The position numbers and the translations under genes were made by a program. The notes under the pieces were generated by a model, which saw only the letters and a list, made by a program, of their open reading frames with translations, did not search any database and was not told the DNA's origin. Positions 8,089 through 17,623 of a stretch of DNA of 64,000 nt are shown here, piece after piece. Source of the stretch: Syntrophomonadaceae bacterium (GTDB lineage: Bacteria; Bacillota; Dethiobacteria; DTU022); contig PWGX01000027.1 of the NCBI GenBank assembly GCA_003554615.1, forward strand, positions 38,619-102,618. The letters run 5' to 3'. How positions within the stretch are numbered: the stretch's first letter is position 1; each line of letters begins with the position of its first letter.

Positions 8089-9771
8089 CTATTTAAGGGT
8101 TCCCCGGGCAAAGGTGCGGTTGACGTCTTTAATTTCTACTTTGACCGTCCGGCCCACTTTATCGCCGGCATTTTCAACGTTGATTACAAACCCGTGGATC
8201 CGGGAAATGCCGTGATTCGGGTTGGTCGAATGAGGTTCTTCGATATACAGCTCCAGCACTTCGCCAGCTTTAACCGGCAAGGCCAGTTTTTGGATTTCTT
8301 TCTGGCTGCCCCTGGCCGCGATCCGGTACTTCTCAATATGGATATCCTCAGCGCCGCGAATAAAAATGCTGCGGTTCAATTCTTCTTCCAGTTTTTTCAG
8401 ATTGCCCCCGCCGGTGCCGATAATTATGGCCGCTACTTCATGGTGCATTTCAACTAAAACTGCTTCGCTCTTTTCTTCCTGCAGCTGCCTTTTCAACTCC
8501 CCCTCGATCCTGGTACTGACCACCAGGGGAGTCAGGACCTTGCCGGAACCGCTGCAATAGGGACAGGCCTGCTGAAGGTATTCCGACAAATCCTGGCGTA
8601 CTTTTTTCCTGGTCATTTCCACCAGGCCCAGGTTGGTAAGCCCCAGGACATAGGTCTTGGTCCGGTCGTTTTTAATGGAAGCATTGAGCCTGTCTATAAC
8701 TTTGCGGCGGTGCTCTTCAAGGCTCATATCTATAAAATCGATAATGATGATGCCCCCGATATCGCGCAGGCGCACCTGGCGGGCAATTTCTTCAGCCGCT
8801 TCCAGGTTGGTTTTCAGGATCGTGTCGGCCAGGTTGCGGCGACCGATATAGCGCCCCGTATTGACATCAACGACGGTCAGGGCCTCGGTTTCGTCAAAAA
8901 CCAGGTAACCTCCGCTTTTTAGCCAGACCTGCCGGGACAGGGCTTTTTCCAGATCTTTTTCCACCCCGTACCGCTCAAAAATCGGTTCTTCATCCTTGTA
9001 GAGTTTGACCTTATTCTTCAGGTGGGGCGAAATATAGTCGACTATCTCCCGGACCTTGTCGTATTCGTGCTTGTCATCGACCAGGAAACTGCTGAAATCC
9101 TCAACGAACAGATCCCTTGCAATCCGGCAGGTCAGGGACAAATCCTGGTACAGAATAGCCGGGGCGGTTTTCTGCTGAAAGCGGGTTAAAATCCGGTTCC
9201 AGAGCTGAACCAAAAACTGCAGGTCCTGTTCCATGACCTCGGTCTCGACCCCTTCGGCCACGGTCCGGACGATCAAACCAAGTTCTTTTGGCTTGAGCTT
9301 CTCCACTTCCCGGCGCAGCCTCTCCCGTTCCGTCTGGCTTTCAATCCGCCTCGAAACACCGATATAATCGGCTCCGGGCACCAGCACCAGGTACCGGCCG
9401 GGGATGGTGATTTGCCCGGTTACCCGGGCCCCCTTGCTGCCAAAGGGTTCCTTGATCACCTGAACCATTATTTCTTTCCCCGCCCGGAGCAGTTTGTCAA
9501 TAGACATCCGGGAAGGCGGGGGGCTTTCTTCCGATTCGTCGGTGAAAACATCATCAACATATAAAAATGCATTTTTTTCCAACCCAATGTCGGTGAAGGC
9601 AGCCTGCATGCCCGGCAGGACATTGGCCACGATCCCCTTGTAAAGGTTGCCTACTACCCTGTACTGCAGGGGCCTTTCTATATCCAGCTCCACCAGCTTG
9701 CCCTTTTCCAGCAGGGCGACCCGGGTGGCCCGGTTATCACAATTAACAATAATTTTCTTGTCGATATCAAT
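8089..9771 (-). CDS. rng: ribonuclease G / RNase E-family endoribonuclease (Rng), with C-terminal Zn-link and TRAM-like extension
   Basis: S1 domain (…NLYKGIVANVLPGMQAAFTDIGLEKNAFLYVDDV…) followed by a DNase I-like catalytic core. The first in-frame GTG is at 9693, but the conserved N-terminus (KKIIVNCDNRATRVALLEKGKL) is encoded upstream. The frame opens at ATT 9771, immediately after the upstream TGA. Confidence 0.85.
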   Translation of the reverse strand: MDIDKKIIVNCDNRATRVALLEKGKLVELDIERPLQYRVVGNLYKGIVANVLPGMQAAFTDIGLEKNAFLYVDDVFTDESEESPPPSRMSIDKLLRAGKEIMVQVIKEPFGSKGARVTGQITIPGRYLVLVPGADYIGVSRRIESQTERERLRREVEKLKPKELGLIVRTVAEGVETEVMEQDLQFLVQLWNRILTRFQQKTAPAILYQDLSLTCRIARDLFVEDFSSFLVDDKHEYDKVREIVDYISPHLKNKVKLYKDEEPIFERYGVEKDLEKALSRQVWLKSGGYLVFDETEALTVVDVNTGRYIGRRNLADTILKTNLEAAEEIARQVRLRDIGGIIIIDFIDMSLEEHRRKVIDRLNASIKNDRTKTYVLGLTNLGLVEMTRKKVRQDLSEYLQQACPYCSGSGKVLTPLVVSTRIEGELKRQLQEEKSEAVLVEMHHEVAAIIIGTGGGNLKKLEEELNRSIFIRGAEDIHIEKYRIAARGSQKEIQKLALPVKAGEVLELYIEEPHSTNPNHGISRIHGFVINVENAGDKVGRTVKVEIKDVNRTFARGTLK

Positions 9772-10494
9772 TCACATCCCTTCAGACAAAGGCTGCAGGA
9801 ATTGATCTTGGTCTTGGTACAACCTCTCGCGGTGCAATTCCCAGTGCGCTTTATAGTTACATTCAACGGTTAATTCTTTCTCCAGCTGTTCAATTACAAA
9901 AAAAGGCGACACCCCGCCCCTGCTGCCGGTTTGCAGCAGCATATTAAGTTCTAAGGGGCGTTCCTTTTCCGGTTCGTTAAAATATGCTTCATAAATATAA
10001 GGTTTAACATTGACAAAAACTTTTTTCTTCTTCTTTTTTTTCGTTTTCGGGGCCAGGATTTCTTCTTTGGACAGGAGGTTGTCCAGGGCTTGCCGGTAGT
10101 GAACGGGATCGACACGGCACCCTTCTTCCGCCACCAGGGTGGCCCGGTAAAGAGCGGCGCCGACGGTGGATGGCAGGGCCGGCGCGCTGTAATCATCTTC
10201 AATCCAGGCGCCGGTCAAATCCAGTCCGGCAGGAAGCTGCTCGCCAAAAGCGACCATAAACTGATCAGGAGTTACCGAATCAGACAAAATAACCTCACCA
10301 TATTCTTCTGAAGCAGTAACATTAACCGGCAGCGGAAGGGCGAGGTTGAAGCGTAAATGCGGATTATAGCCTTCGCTGTAAACCAGAGGAAGCCCGCTTC
10401 TACGCAGGGCCCTCTGAATCAGGCGCATCATATCCAGGTGTGAAATATGTTTCAAAACCTCGCCACGGGTAAAACTAAATCGAATCCGGGTCAT
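9772..10494 (-). CDS. TIGR03936/DUF2344-family radical-SAM-associated protein
   Basis: 240 aa. Partnered with the upstream TIGR03960 radical SAM gene. Contains a poly-lysine tract KTKKKKKKKV encoded by the A/T homopolymer run at 10021-10050. Confidence 0.7.
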   Translation of the reverse strand: MTRIRFSFTRGEVLKHISHLDMMRLIQRALRRSGLPLVYSEGYNPHLRFNLALPLPVNVTASEEYGEVILSDSVTPDQFMVAFGEQLPAGLDLTGAWIEDDYSAPALPSTVGAALYRATLVAEEGCRVDPVHYRQALDNLLSKEEILAPKTKKKKKKKVFVNVKPYIYEAYFNEPEKERPLELNMLLQTGSRGGVSPFFVIEQLEKELTVECNYKAHWELHRERLYQDQDQFLQPLSEGM

Positions 10495-12293
10495 TGAGCT
10501 TCTCCTTGCTCTGGTTTGTCAATATTAAAAGCTTTTTGGTGCTCCCTGATCAAAACTGCTTTATCCACTCCGCAATGCAAATGGTCCCAGGGCAGCAGAT
10601 CGTCATAACCAAACCGGCGAAGGGCATAATCCTCCGGTTCAATACCTGTTTCCCGGAATGCCTGCCTCCATCTGGGCATGGAAAAATGCTCCGACCAGCC
10701 GTCAAAGCGGCAGCCCAGGCGCCAGGCCTTTTCCAGGGCCGGAGCCAAGAGGCGATCTCCGCGCGCAAAAACTGCCTCCAGAAAACTGGTTTCGGCATCA
10801 TGCCAGCTCAGATCTATCCCGGGCATTTTCTTAAAACCTTTTTGCAGGATTTCCTGGCGTCCGGTAACCTCCGGCAGCGAGAGCTGCGGTTCCCACTGAA
10901 AAGGGGTATGGGCCTTGGGGACAAAGGTGGAAACACTGACCGAAATGCCGATCTTGCGGCTGCTTTTATGGCGGAAATACTGCCTGAGCCTTCGGCACAG
11001 ATCGACAATCGCTTCAACATCTTCTTCCGTTTCAGTAGGCAGCCCGATCATAAAGTAAAGCTTGAAGCCCTGCCAGCCGGCATCGATGGCATCGTTGAGC
11101 GCCGAAAAAATTTCAGCTTCAGAAATGTTTTTCCTGATCACCCGGCGCAGTCTTTCGGTCGCCGCTTCCGGGGCAAAAGTAAGGTTGCTTCGTTTGCCCC
11201 GGTGCAGCCGGTCCGCCAGCTTGATCGAATAGGAATCCAGGCGCAGGGAGGGCAGGTTACATTTAACCTGTTCCCCGTATAAACTTCGGTCCAGCTCGTT
11301 GATCAACTCTTCAAGCTCCGGGTAATCGGTGCTGCTCAGGGACGCTAAAGAAAGCTCTTCGTAACCGGTTTCAGCAATCTGCTGCTTTGCTGTTTCAACC
11401 AGTTTATCCCGGCTGCGGCGGCGGACGGGGCGGAAAATATAGCCGGCCTGGCAAAACCGGCAGCCCCTGCTGCAGCCCCGAAACAGCTCCACCACGGCGC
11501 GGTCGTGGATTGCCTGCAGGTAGGGCACAATTGGGGCGGTGGGATAGGGGGCCCGGTCGAGATCGCGGACCAGTCTTTTACTGATCACCGCCGGCGCCCG
11601 GGAGTCGGTCCTTTCAATGGCACTAAATCTTTTCTCTTTATAGGCCGGCTGATACAAAGAGGGGACATAAATTCCTTCCCATGCGGAGAGCCGGGCCAAA
11701 AGCTCTTTTCGATCCGGCGCTTCTCTTTTTAAACGATCCAGACCAGCAAGCAGTTCCGGCAGGCATTCTTCCGATTCCCCCAGCACAAAAAAGTCAAAAA
11801 ATGGAGCCAGCGGTTCCGGGTTAAAAGCGCATGGCCCACCGCCAACAACCAGCGGATCTGATTCGCCGCGTTGATCGGCGTAAAGAGGGATCCCGGCCAG
11901 GTCCAGCATGTTAAGAACGTTGGTATAACTCAGTTCATACTGCAGGGAAAAACCGATCAGATCAAATTCCGCAAGCGGCTTTCCACTCTCCAGGGCAAAC
12001 AGGGGTTGATCGTAAGCCCGCATCAGCTCTTCCATGTCCATGCCCGGAGCAAAAGCCCTTTCCATCAACATTCCCGGCCTGCTGTTGACGCTTTCATAAA
12101 GGATTTTCAAACCCTGGTTGGACATGCCCACTTCGTAAAGATCGGGAAAAGCCAAAACCATTCTGACCGCCGCTTCAGCATGGTCTTTTTGCCGGGCATT
12201 CCACTCGTTGCCCATGTAACGGGCCGGTTTCTGCACCTGGGATAGGAGTCGTTTAAGTTTTGTATCTATAGCCTGCATATCAACACTTCGCAA
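10491..12293 (-). CDS. TIGR03960-family B12-binding-domain radical SAM protein
   Basis: 600 aa. Radical SAM cysteine motif CSRGCRFCQAGY. Overlaps the DUF2344 gene by 4 nt. This pair is conserved upstream of rng in Firmicutes. Confidence 0.8.
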   Translation of the reverse strand: MRSVDMQAIDTKLKRLLSQVQKPARYMGNEWNARQKDHAEAAVRMVLAFPDLYEVGMSNQGLKILYESVNSRPGMLMERAFAPGMDMEELMRAYDQPLFALESGKPLAEFDLIGFSLQYELSYTNVLNMLDLAGIPLYADQRGESDPLVVGGGPCAFNPEPLAPFFDFFVLGESEECLPELLAGLDRLKREAPDRKELLARLSAWEGIYVPSLYQPAYKEKRFSAIERTDSRAPAVISKRLVRDLDRAPYPTAPIVPYLQAIHDRAVVELFRGCSRGCRFCQAGYIFRPVRRRSRDKLVETAKQQIAETGYEELSLASLSSTDYPELEELINELDRSLYGEQVKCNLPSLRLDSYSIKLADRLHRGKRSNLTFAPEAATERLRRVIRKNISEAEIFSALNDAIDAGWQGFKLYFMIGLPTETEEDVEAIVDLCRRLRQYFRHKSSRKIGISVSVSTFVPKAHTPFQWEPQLSLPEVTGRQEILQKGFKKMPGIDLSWHDAETSFLEAVFARGDRLLAPALEKAWRLGCRFDGWSEHFSMPRWRQAFRETGIEPEDYALRRFGYDDLLPWDHLHCGVDKAVLIREHQKAFNIDKPEQGEAQ

Positions 12294-12396
12294 TCGTGAC
12301 CAGTCTAACGCCCGGTGATCGGGCCAGCCTGAAAAAGATTCCTGACCTTAAATCAGGTTCATAATACCATATCATTCCTGTTTTGATAAGCAGCTG

Positions 12397-13095
12397 CTAA
12401 AGCAACCCTTTTTCCCTGAAACTGAAGAAACAGCCGTCCCCAATAATAATATGATCTCTGACCGCGATGCCGAGGATGTTACCGGCGTCAACCAACCGCC
12501 TGGTAACCTCTAAATCCTGCTGGCTGGGAGCCGGATCGCCGCTGGGGTGATTGTGGAACAAGATCACCGAGGCCGCACTCTTACGCAGGGGCAAGCTAAA
12601 AATTTCGCGCGGATGGACAATCGAGGCGCTTAAACTGCCCACCGAGATTTCTTCCCTGGAAATAACATGGTTCTTGGTATTTAAAAGCAGGATTTTGAAA
12701 TACTCTTTTTTCTTATACCGCAGCTCTTCCATAAACAGATCGGCAGCCTGCCTCGGGGTGGTTATGCTGCCGGCTTCCTCACGGGGGGCGGTGGCCAGCC
12801 TGGATCCCAGTTCGAGAGCCGCTTTAATCGTGACCGCTTTGTCGGGCCCGATGCCTTTATTTTCCTGCAGATCTTCCAGGGAGAGGGGGGGCAGGTTCCG
12901 CAGCCCACCGCTCCTGGTAATTATCCTGGTGGCCAGTTGAACGGCCGATTCGGTCCTGCTTCCCACGCGGAGCAGGATCGCCAGCAGTTCGGCAGTGGAA
13001 AGGGCGCCTGCGCCTAAGGCAATCAGTTTTTCCCGGGGTCTTTCCTCAAGGGGCATATCTTTGATCGTAATGCATTCATTATCCATTGCCGCCAT
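12397..13095 (-). CDS. radC: RadC-family JAB/MPN-domain protein (UPF0758)
   Basis: N-terminal HhH (…LSTAELLAILLRVGS…) and C-terminal JAMM motif (HNHPSGDPAPSQQD). Confidence 0.85.
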   Translation of the reverse strand: MAAMDNECITIKDMPLEERPREKLIALGAGALSTAELLAILLRVGSRTESAVQLATRIITRSGGLRNLPPLSLEDLQENKGIGPDKAVTIKAALELGSRLATAPREEAGSITTPRQAADLFMEELRYKKKEYFKILLLNTKNHVISREEISVGSLSASIVHPREIFSLPLRKSAASVILFHNHPSGDPAPSQQDLEVTRRLVDAGNILGIAVRDHIIIGDGCFFSFREKGLL

Positions 13096-13678
13096 CCCTT
13101 CTGCTTAGCCATGTTGGAACCTTCATCCGGAGCAATAATTCAAAAAGCAAACTCAGGGGCAAACCGACCACGTTAAAATAACAACCTTCGATTTTGTCTA
13201 TAAATACGGCCCCCCGGCCCTGGATGCCGTAAGCGCCTGCCTTGTCAAGCGGCTCGCCGCTTTTAATATAACGGTCAATATGTTCCTTTTCCAGGGGCTT
13301 CATCCATACTTTTGTTCTCGAAAAACCGGTTTCAAACCCGGCCGGCCCGGCATCAAAAAGGGCCAGGCCGGTAAAAACTTCGTGTTCTTTTCCGCTCAGC
13401 GACTCAAGCATGCGGCGGGCATGATCATCATCTACCGGTTTGCCCAGGATTTGCCCGCCGCAAACCACAACCGTATCGGCGGCCAGGACAAAGCCGCTGT
13501 CCAGGCGGCGGGTTACATCCAAAGCTTTTTTTTGGGCCAGCTCTACCACCATGTTCCCGGGATCCCCGCCACCGGTCATGTCTTCATCAACCGCCGGCTC
13601 AATAATTTCGAAAGCAAGGCCGGCCTGCTTTAGCAGTTCGGCCCGGCGAGGGGATGCAGAAGCTAAAATAAGGGTCAT
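13079..13678 (-). CDS. maf: Maf-family nucleoside triphosphate pyrophosphatase
   Basis: MTLILASASPRRAELLKQAGLAFEI… is a canonical Maf N-terminus. Upstream of radC, as usual. Confidence 0.9.
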   Translation of the reverse strand: MTLILASASPRRAELLKQAGLAFEIIEPAVDEDMTGGGDPGNMVVELAQKKALDVTRRLDSGFVLAADTVVVCGGQILGKPVDDDHARRMLESLSGKEHEVFTGLALFDAGPAGFETGFSRTKVWMKPLEKEHIDRYIKSGEPLDKAGAYGIQGRGAVFIDKIEGCYFNVVGLPLSLLFELLLRMKVPTWLSRRDGGNG

Positions 13679-14238
13679 CGGGCATCACCTGGATTGGTCT
13701 GCCTGATCATCCTGCCGGTCACTCCTTCCAGGTAATAAGCGGCCAGGCCGGTAAAGATACCGGTCGGCACCGACAGGAGCAGTAAAAAGGGGAAATAGCC
13801 CCTTAACAGATCAAAACTGGCAATAATGATGCTGGCCATGGTAAGCTGGGTCAGGTTGTGGGCGGCCGCCCCGATAACGCTGACAGAAATCAGGCTGACC
13901 AGGCCCTTTCTTTGAAAAACCAGGACAAGGGCCATGGCCAGGCAGCTCACTATACCGGCGGTAACGCTCAACCAAAAGCCAAACCCGAACAAGCCGCCGA
14001 CAAAAATGCTGCCCAGCACTGAACGGATCACGGCAACCATCAGGCCGCTGCGCAGTCCAAACAAGATCAAAGTTAGGAGGGTAATGATATTGGCAAACCC
14101 AATCCTTACTCCCGGAACCGGCATCGGTAAAGGCATAGCGGCCTCAACAGTATGGATTACCACCGCAAAAGTGATCAGCAAGGCCAGGTAGGTTAAATAT
14201 TTTAAACGGTTTCCAACCCGAAAACCGGGATGCTGCAT
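13675..14238 (-). CDS. Gx-transporter-family membrane protein (heptaprenyl diphosphate synthase component I-like, PF07456)
   Basis: 187 aa, about 5 TM helices, Gly-rich helices (FVGGLFGFGFWLSV). Assignment is from family resemblance only. Confidence 0.5.
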   Translation of the reverse strand: MQHPGFRVGNRLKYLTYLALLITFAVVIHTVEAAMPLPMPVPGVRIGFANIITLLTLILFGLRSGLMVAVIRSVLGSIFVGGLFGFGFWLSVTAGIVSCLAMALVLVFQRKGLVSLISVSVIGAAAHNLTQLTMASIIIASFDLLRGYFPFLLLLSVPTGIFTGLAAYYLEGVTGRMIRQTNPGDAR

Positions 14239-14357
14239 AATAATTACATCCCTTTCACCAAAAACCCGTGTTTAAACAAGCAGAAAAGTTTTTCCTTAAA
14301 TACAACCGATATTACAAGCGGCCTGTGACAGGTTAAACAATCCTCTATAAAAGGAAG

Positions 14358-15512
14358 CTATTCCAATTCAATAATATCTTCAAGGCCCCTGGTATAGGTT
14401 ATATCCAGCCCGGGAGTAACAAAAATCCCTTCCACTCCAGCCAGCTCTTCGATCAGTTCAAAACCATCCCCCGGACCGAGGATAAAGGCAAGCGTGGATA
14501 AAACATCCGCTTCCATTGTTGTATCGGCTACAACGGTAACGCTGGCCAGTTCTTTGGCCGGCATCCCGGTAGTGGCATCGAGAATGTGATGATATTTGAC
14601 CCCGTCTTCCTCAAAAGCGCGTTCATAGTCGCCCGAAGTATCCACGGCCTTATCGGTCAGGGCCAGAACAGCAATCATATCCCTTTCATCGCGGGGATTC
14701 CTGACCCCGATCCGCCATGGTTCACCATCGGGCCGGGTTCCAAGGAGCCCGATATCACCGGCATTGACATAGGCGTTTTCCACTCCCTCCTCCGAAAGAA
14801 TCTCCAAAGCCTGATCAACAATAAATCCCTTGGCAATACCGCCCAGCTCCAGCCCCGTGCCGGACACCGGTAGATAAATGGTTCTTTCTTCCGGGTCAAG
14901 CTCTACCAGTGAATAATCTACCAGCTGCAGGGTTTCTTCTATTTCTTCAGGTTGGGGAACCCGGTAGTCTTGATCGGAAAAGAATCCCCACAAATCAGTA
15001 AGCGGCGCTACGGTAGGATCAAAAGCCCCTTCACTGAGTTCGGCATATTCAAGAGCCCGTTCTGTCACATAAAAAACCTCGGGGCTGACCTGAACCGGCT
15101 TCCGGCCTGCGTTCTCGTTTACAGCAACTACATCGCTTTCCGGAATACTCCTGCTGAACAGCTCTTCCAGCCGTTCTATTTCAGTAAAAACTTCGTCTTT
15201 TATCTCTTCTGCTTCCCTTACCCCCCGGGCCTGAAATCTTAACTCAGCCATCGTATCCATTGTCATATGGGTATAGGTAAAAGTATCAACAGTATGAAAG
15301 GTCCGTGTGTAAAAGTACCCCATAAGCAGGAGCAGGACAAATACAGGTATAATATATACCGGCTTTAATAACCCGGCAGCCCGGCCGCTTTTTTTATCCG
15401 TCGGATCGTTATTCTTTCTCCCTGGCAAAATATGCGATACCCTCCTTGCCTGATCTAGAAAAATCGCCGGCCGAGAAAGCCCTGCCAGCATAAGATCAAA
15501 AGGACAGGGCAA
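14358..15512 (-). CDS. apbE: FAD:protein FMN transferase ApbE (membrane-anchored)
   Basis: N-terminal TM helix, then an ApbE fold (…GGIAKGFIVDQALEIL…AYVNAGDIGLLGTRPDGEPWRIGVRNP…VDTSGDYERAF…). Lies 55 bp downstream of the last antiporter gene on the same strand. Confidence 0.85.
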   Translation of the reverse strand: MPCPFDLMLAGLSRPAIFLDQARRVSHILPGRKNNDPTDKKSGRAAGLLKPVYIIPVFVLLLLMGYFYTRTFHTVDTFTYTHMTMDTMAELRFQARGVREAEEIKDEVFTEIERLEELFSRSIPESDVVAVNENAGRKPVQVSPEVFYVTERALEYAELSEGAFDPTVAPLTDLWGFFSDQDYRVPQPEEIEETLQLVDYSLVELDPEERTIYLPVSGTGLELGGIAKGFIVDQALEILSEEGVENAYVNAGDIGLLGTRPDGEPWRIGVRNPRDERDMIAVLALTDKAVDTSGDYERAFEEDGVKYHHILDATTGMPAKELASVTVVADTTMEADVLSTLAFILGPGDGFELIEELAGVEGIFVTPGLDITYTRGLEDIIELE

Positions 15513-15567
15513 ATGCGGACGATATCACCCTGTCCGCTCTATTACCGTTTTGGCCGACGATCCAATT

Positions 15568-17580
15568 TTAACGCCCGGTGTAAAAAATGACAACCAGCAC
15601 AGCGCCAAGCAGCAGGGCCAGGATCAGCTGGTCAAAATTCAGGTTCTTTGTAGTCCACTCGACTGGGTTGAAGCGAAGCCGACGGTTGATGGCGCCTTCC
15701 TCCTCTTCATCATGGCCGCCCTCCGATCTGTCGGCCATCCGGCGCATCGCTTCACCTGTTTTCAGGTATCCATCATCTATGCTTTCATCTAACCTCCGGG
15801 AACGGTCGGCCAGGCTCCGGGCCGCATCACCCGTCCTGGTATACCCTTCATCAATAGCCTGATCCAGGTAGCGGGTCCGATCGGCCAAGCCACGGCCGAT
15901 CTCGGAAGACCGTTGAAAGGCACTGTCAATCCCTTTATCCAGGGTGGTTATATACTGGCAGAACTGGTACAAATTCTGCCCGGTTTTCATGTAAAAGTTG
16001 TCAACAGATGAATCGACAGCAGTCCCGTACTGGCAGAGGCGCTTATACAGGGCTTTGCCCAGGGGATTAAAAATCATGTATTCGACGCTTACCCAGGGCG
16101 GCAAATGGATCCCGCGCTGTAAAATCGCAGCCAGGTTAAGGAAAACCAGAAGGCCTGCTAAAGCCAGCCTGACTGCACCCCAAATCCCGTCAAAGGTGTA
16201 GATCCCCACCACTTTTGAGGCATAGGGTATGATCGGGGCGATCATCTGTGGATAGACACCGAGTATAATACAGAAGGCTGCCGTCCCAATGATTGCCAGG
16301 ATGCTTGTAATCGGAATCTTTCTGTGAATTTTTGCCCTTCCTTTAATAAAACCAAAACCGATCAGTTTGCAGAAAGAAGCTGCCGTGCCGATGCTGGCTA
16401 CCATCAACATCGTTTCGGCCGGCCCCATATCATAAAAAGCATACTTAATCAGGTATTTGCTGACATAGCCGTTAAAAAGCGGGAACCCTGAAATGGCCAG
16501 GGCCCCTACAATACCACCGATTGTAGCCAGAGGCATTGCTTTCCAGATACTTTCTTTTTCCTGTTCTTCTTCTTCTGAATCAACATGGGTCAAGTCATGC
16601 AAATCTTCTGTATTGGTAGCGTAAAAAACCGCCCCCACGCTCATAAACAGCAGCGCCTTATAAAGCATATGGTTAACCACATGCAGAAGGGCCCCGTCGG
16701 TGGCCAGCTCCGTGGCCAGGCCTACCCCGGCCACCATGTAACCGACCTGGCTGATAATATGATAGGAGAGGAGGCGGCGCATGTTATGCTGGAGCATGGC
16801 CATGGTCACACCGGCCAGGGCCATGGCAGCACCCATGTACATAATTATTTCGCTCGGGGGTAAAATCCTGGCAATGGCAAAAACTCCGATCTTTGTCGTC
16901 AGCCCGGCCAGGATAACACTGGACGGAAAGTTGGCCGAAGGATATCCCCGGGCTACCCATAAATGAAAAGGCAGGAATGCCGCTTTAAAGCCAAAACCGA
17001 CGATGAAGAAAGCCAGGCCAGCCTCGGGTTTGGTCAGCACAAAACTCTGCGCCTGCTCGTAGTGGAGCAGGATCCCCAGTAAGACTATCAGCCCCCCGGC
17101 CAGGTGAAAAGAAAGGAAATATAAACCGGCCATCAAGGAATCGGGGGTTTTCCGGAGCAGGATTAAACCAGCTGTAGACAGGGTAAGCATTTCCCAGAAA
17201 ATAAAGAGGGTGACAAAGTTGTCTGAAAAAACAACCCCAACGGCGCTGGCCAGGGCTATCAGGGCTGCGGCCTGTTCGCTCGGCCTTGACAGCTGCAGCC
17301 CGTAAAGCAAAGCAAAAGCTCCGACCAGGGTAAATCCAAAAACGGCAATCCTGCTGTATTCATGTTCGCTAAACGACACCGGGGCCAGAACAACATCCCC
17401 GAACAATACTGCATAACCCAGCGTTGCTTCCGTCAAATCGTAGTAAGCTAAAAACAGCAGGGCCCCGATTACTCCAAGCATTAAAATATATCGCATCAGC
17501 CTGGGTCCGAATACAACACCCGGAACCAGTATTATGGGTAGCGCTATACCTGTTATCACAAAGATATCGATCCTAATCAC
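15568..17580 (-). CDS. NuoL/MrpA-type antiporter-like membrane subunit, paralogue L3, with repeat-containing C-terminal tail
   Basis: 670 aa. Proton-conducting-antiporter family motifs (…RLLSYHIISQVGYMVAGVGL…). About 14 TM helices, then a hydrophilic tail and a final TM helix. The tail carries three near-repeats (GLADRTRYLDQAIDEGYTRTGDAA / SLADRSRRLDESIDDGYLKTGEAM / RMADRSEG) and ends …KNLNFDQL…TGR. Confidence 0.8.
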   Translation of the reverse strand: MIRIDIFVITGIALPIILVPGVVFGPRLMRYILMLGVIGALLFLAYYDLTEATLGYAVLFGDVVLAPVSFSEHEYSRIAVFGFTLVGAFALLYGLQLSRPSEQAAALIALASAVGVVFSDNFVTLFIFWEMLTLSTAGLILLRKTPDSLMAGLYFLSFHLAGGLIVLLGILLHYEQAQSFVLTKPEAGLAFFIVGFGFKAAFLPFHLWVARGYPSANFPSSVILAGLTTKIGVFAIARILPPSEIIMYMGAAMALAGVTMAMLQHNMRRLLSYHIISQVGYMVAGVGLATELATDGALLHVVNHMLYKALLFMSVGAVFYATNTEDLHDLTHVDSEEEEQEKESIWKAMPLATIGGIVGALAISGFPLFNGYVSKYLIKYAFYDMGPAETMLMVASIGTAASFCKLIGFGFIKGRAKIHRKIPITSILAIIGTAAFCIILGVYPQMIAPIIPYASKVVGIYTFDGIWGAVRLALAGLLVFLNLAAILQRGIHLPPWVSVEYMIFNPLGKALYKRLCQYGTAVDSSVDNFYMKTGQNLYQFCQYITTLDKGIDSAFQRSSEIGRGLADRTRYLDQAIDEGYTRTGDAARSLADRSRRLDESIDDGYLKTGEAMRRMADRSEGGHDEEEEGAINRRLRFNPVEWTTKNLNFDQLILALLLGAVLVVIFYTGR

Positions 17581-17623
17581 TCCATTACTGATGGTAGTTT
17601 GTTGTATTTTATGGTTACTAATG

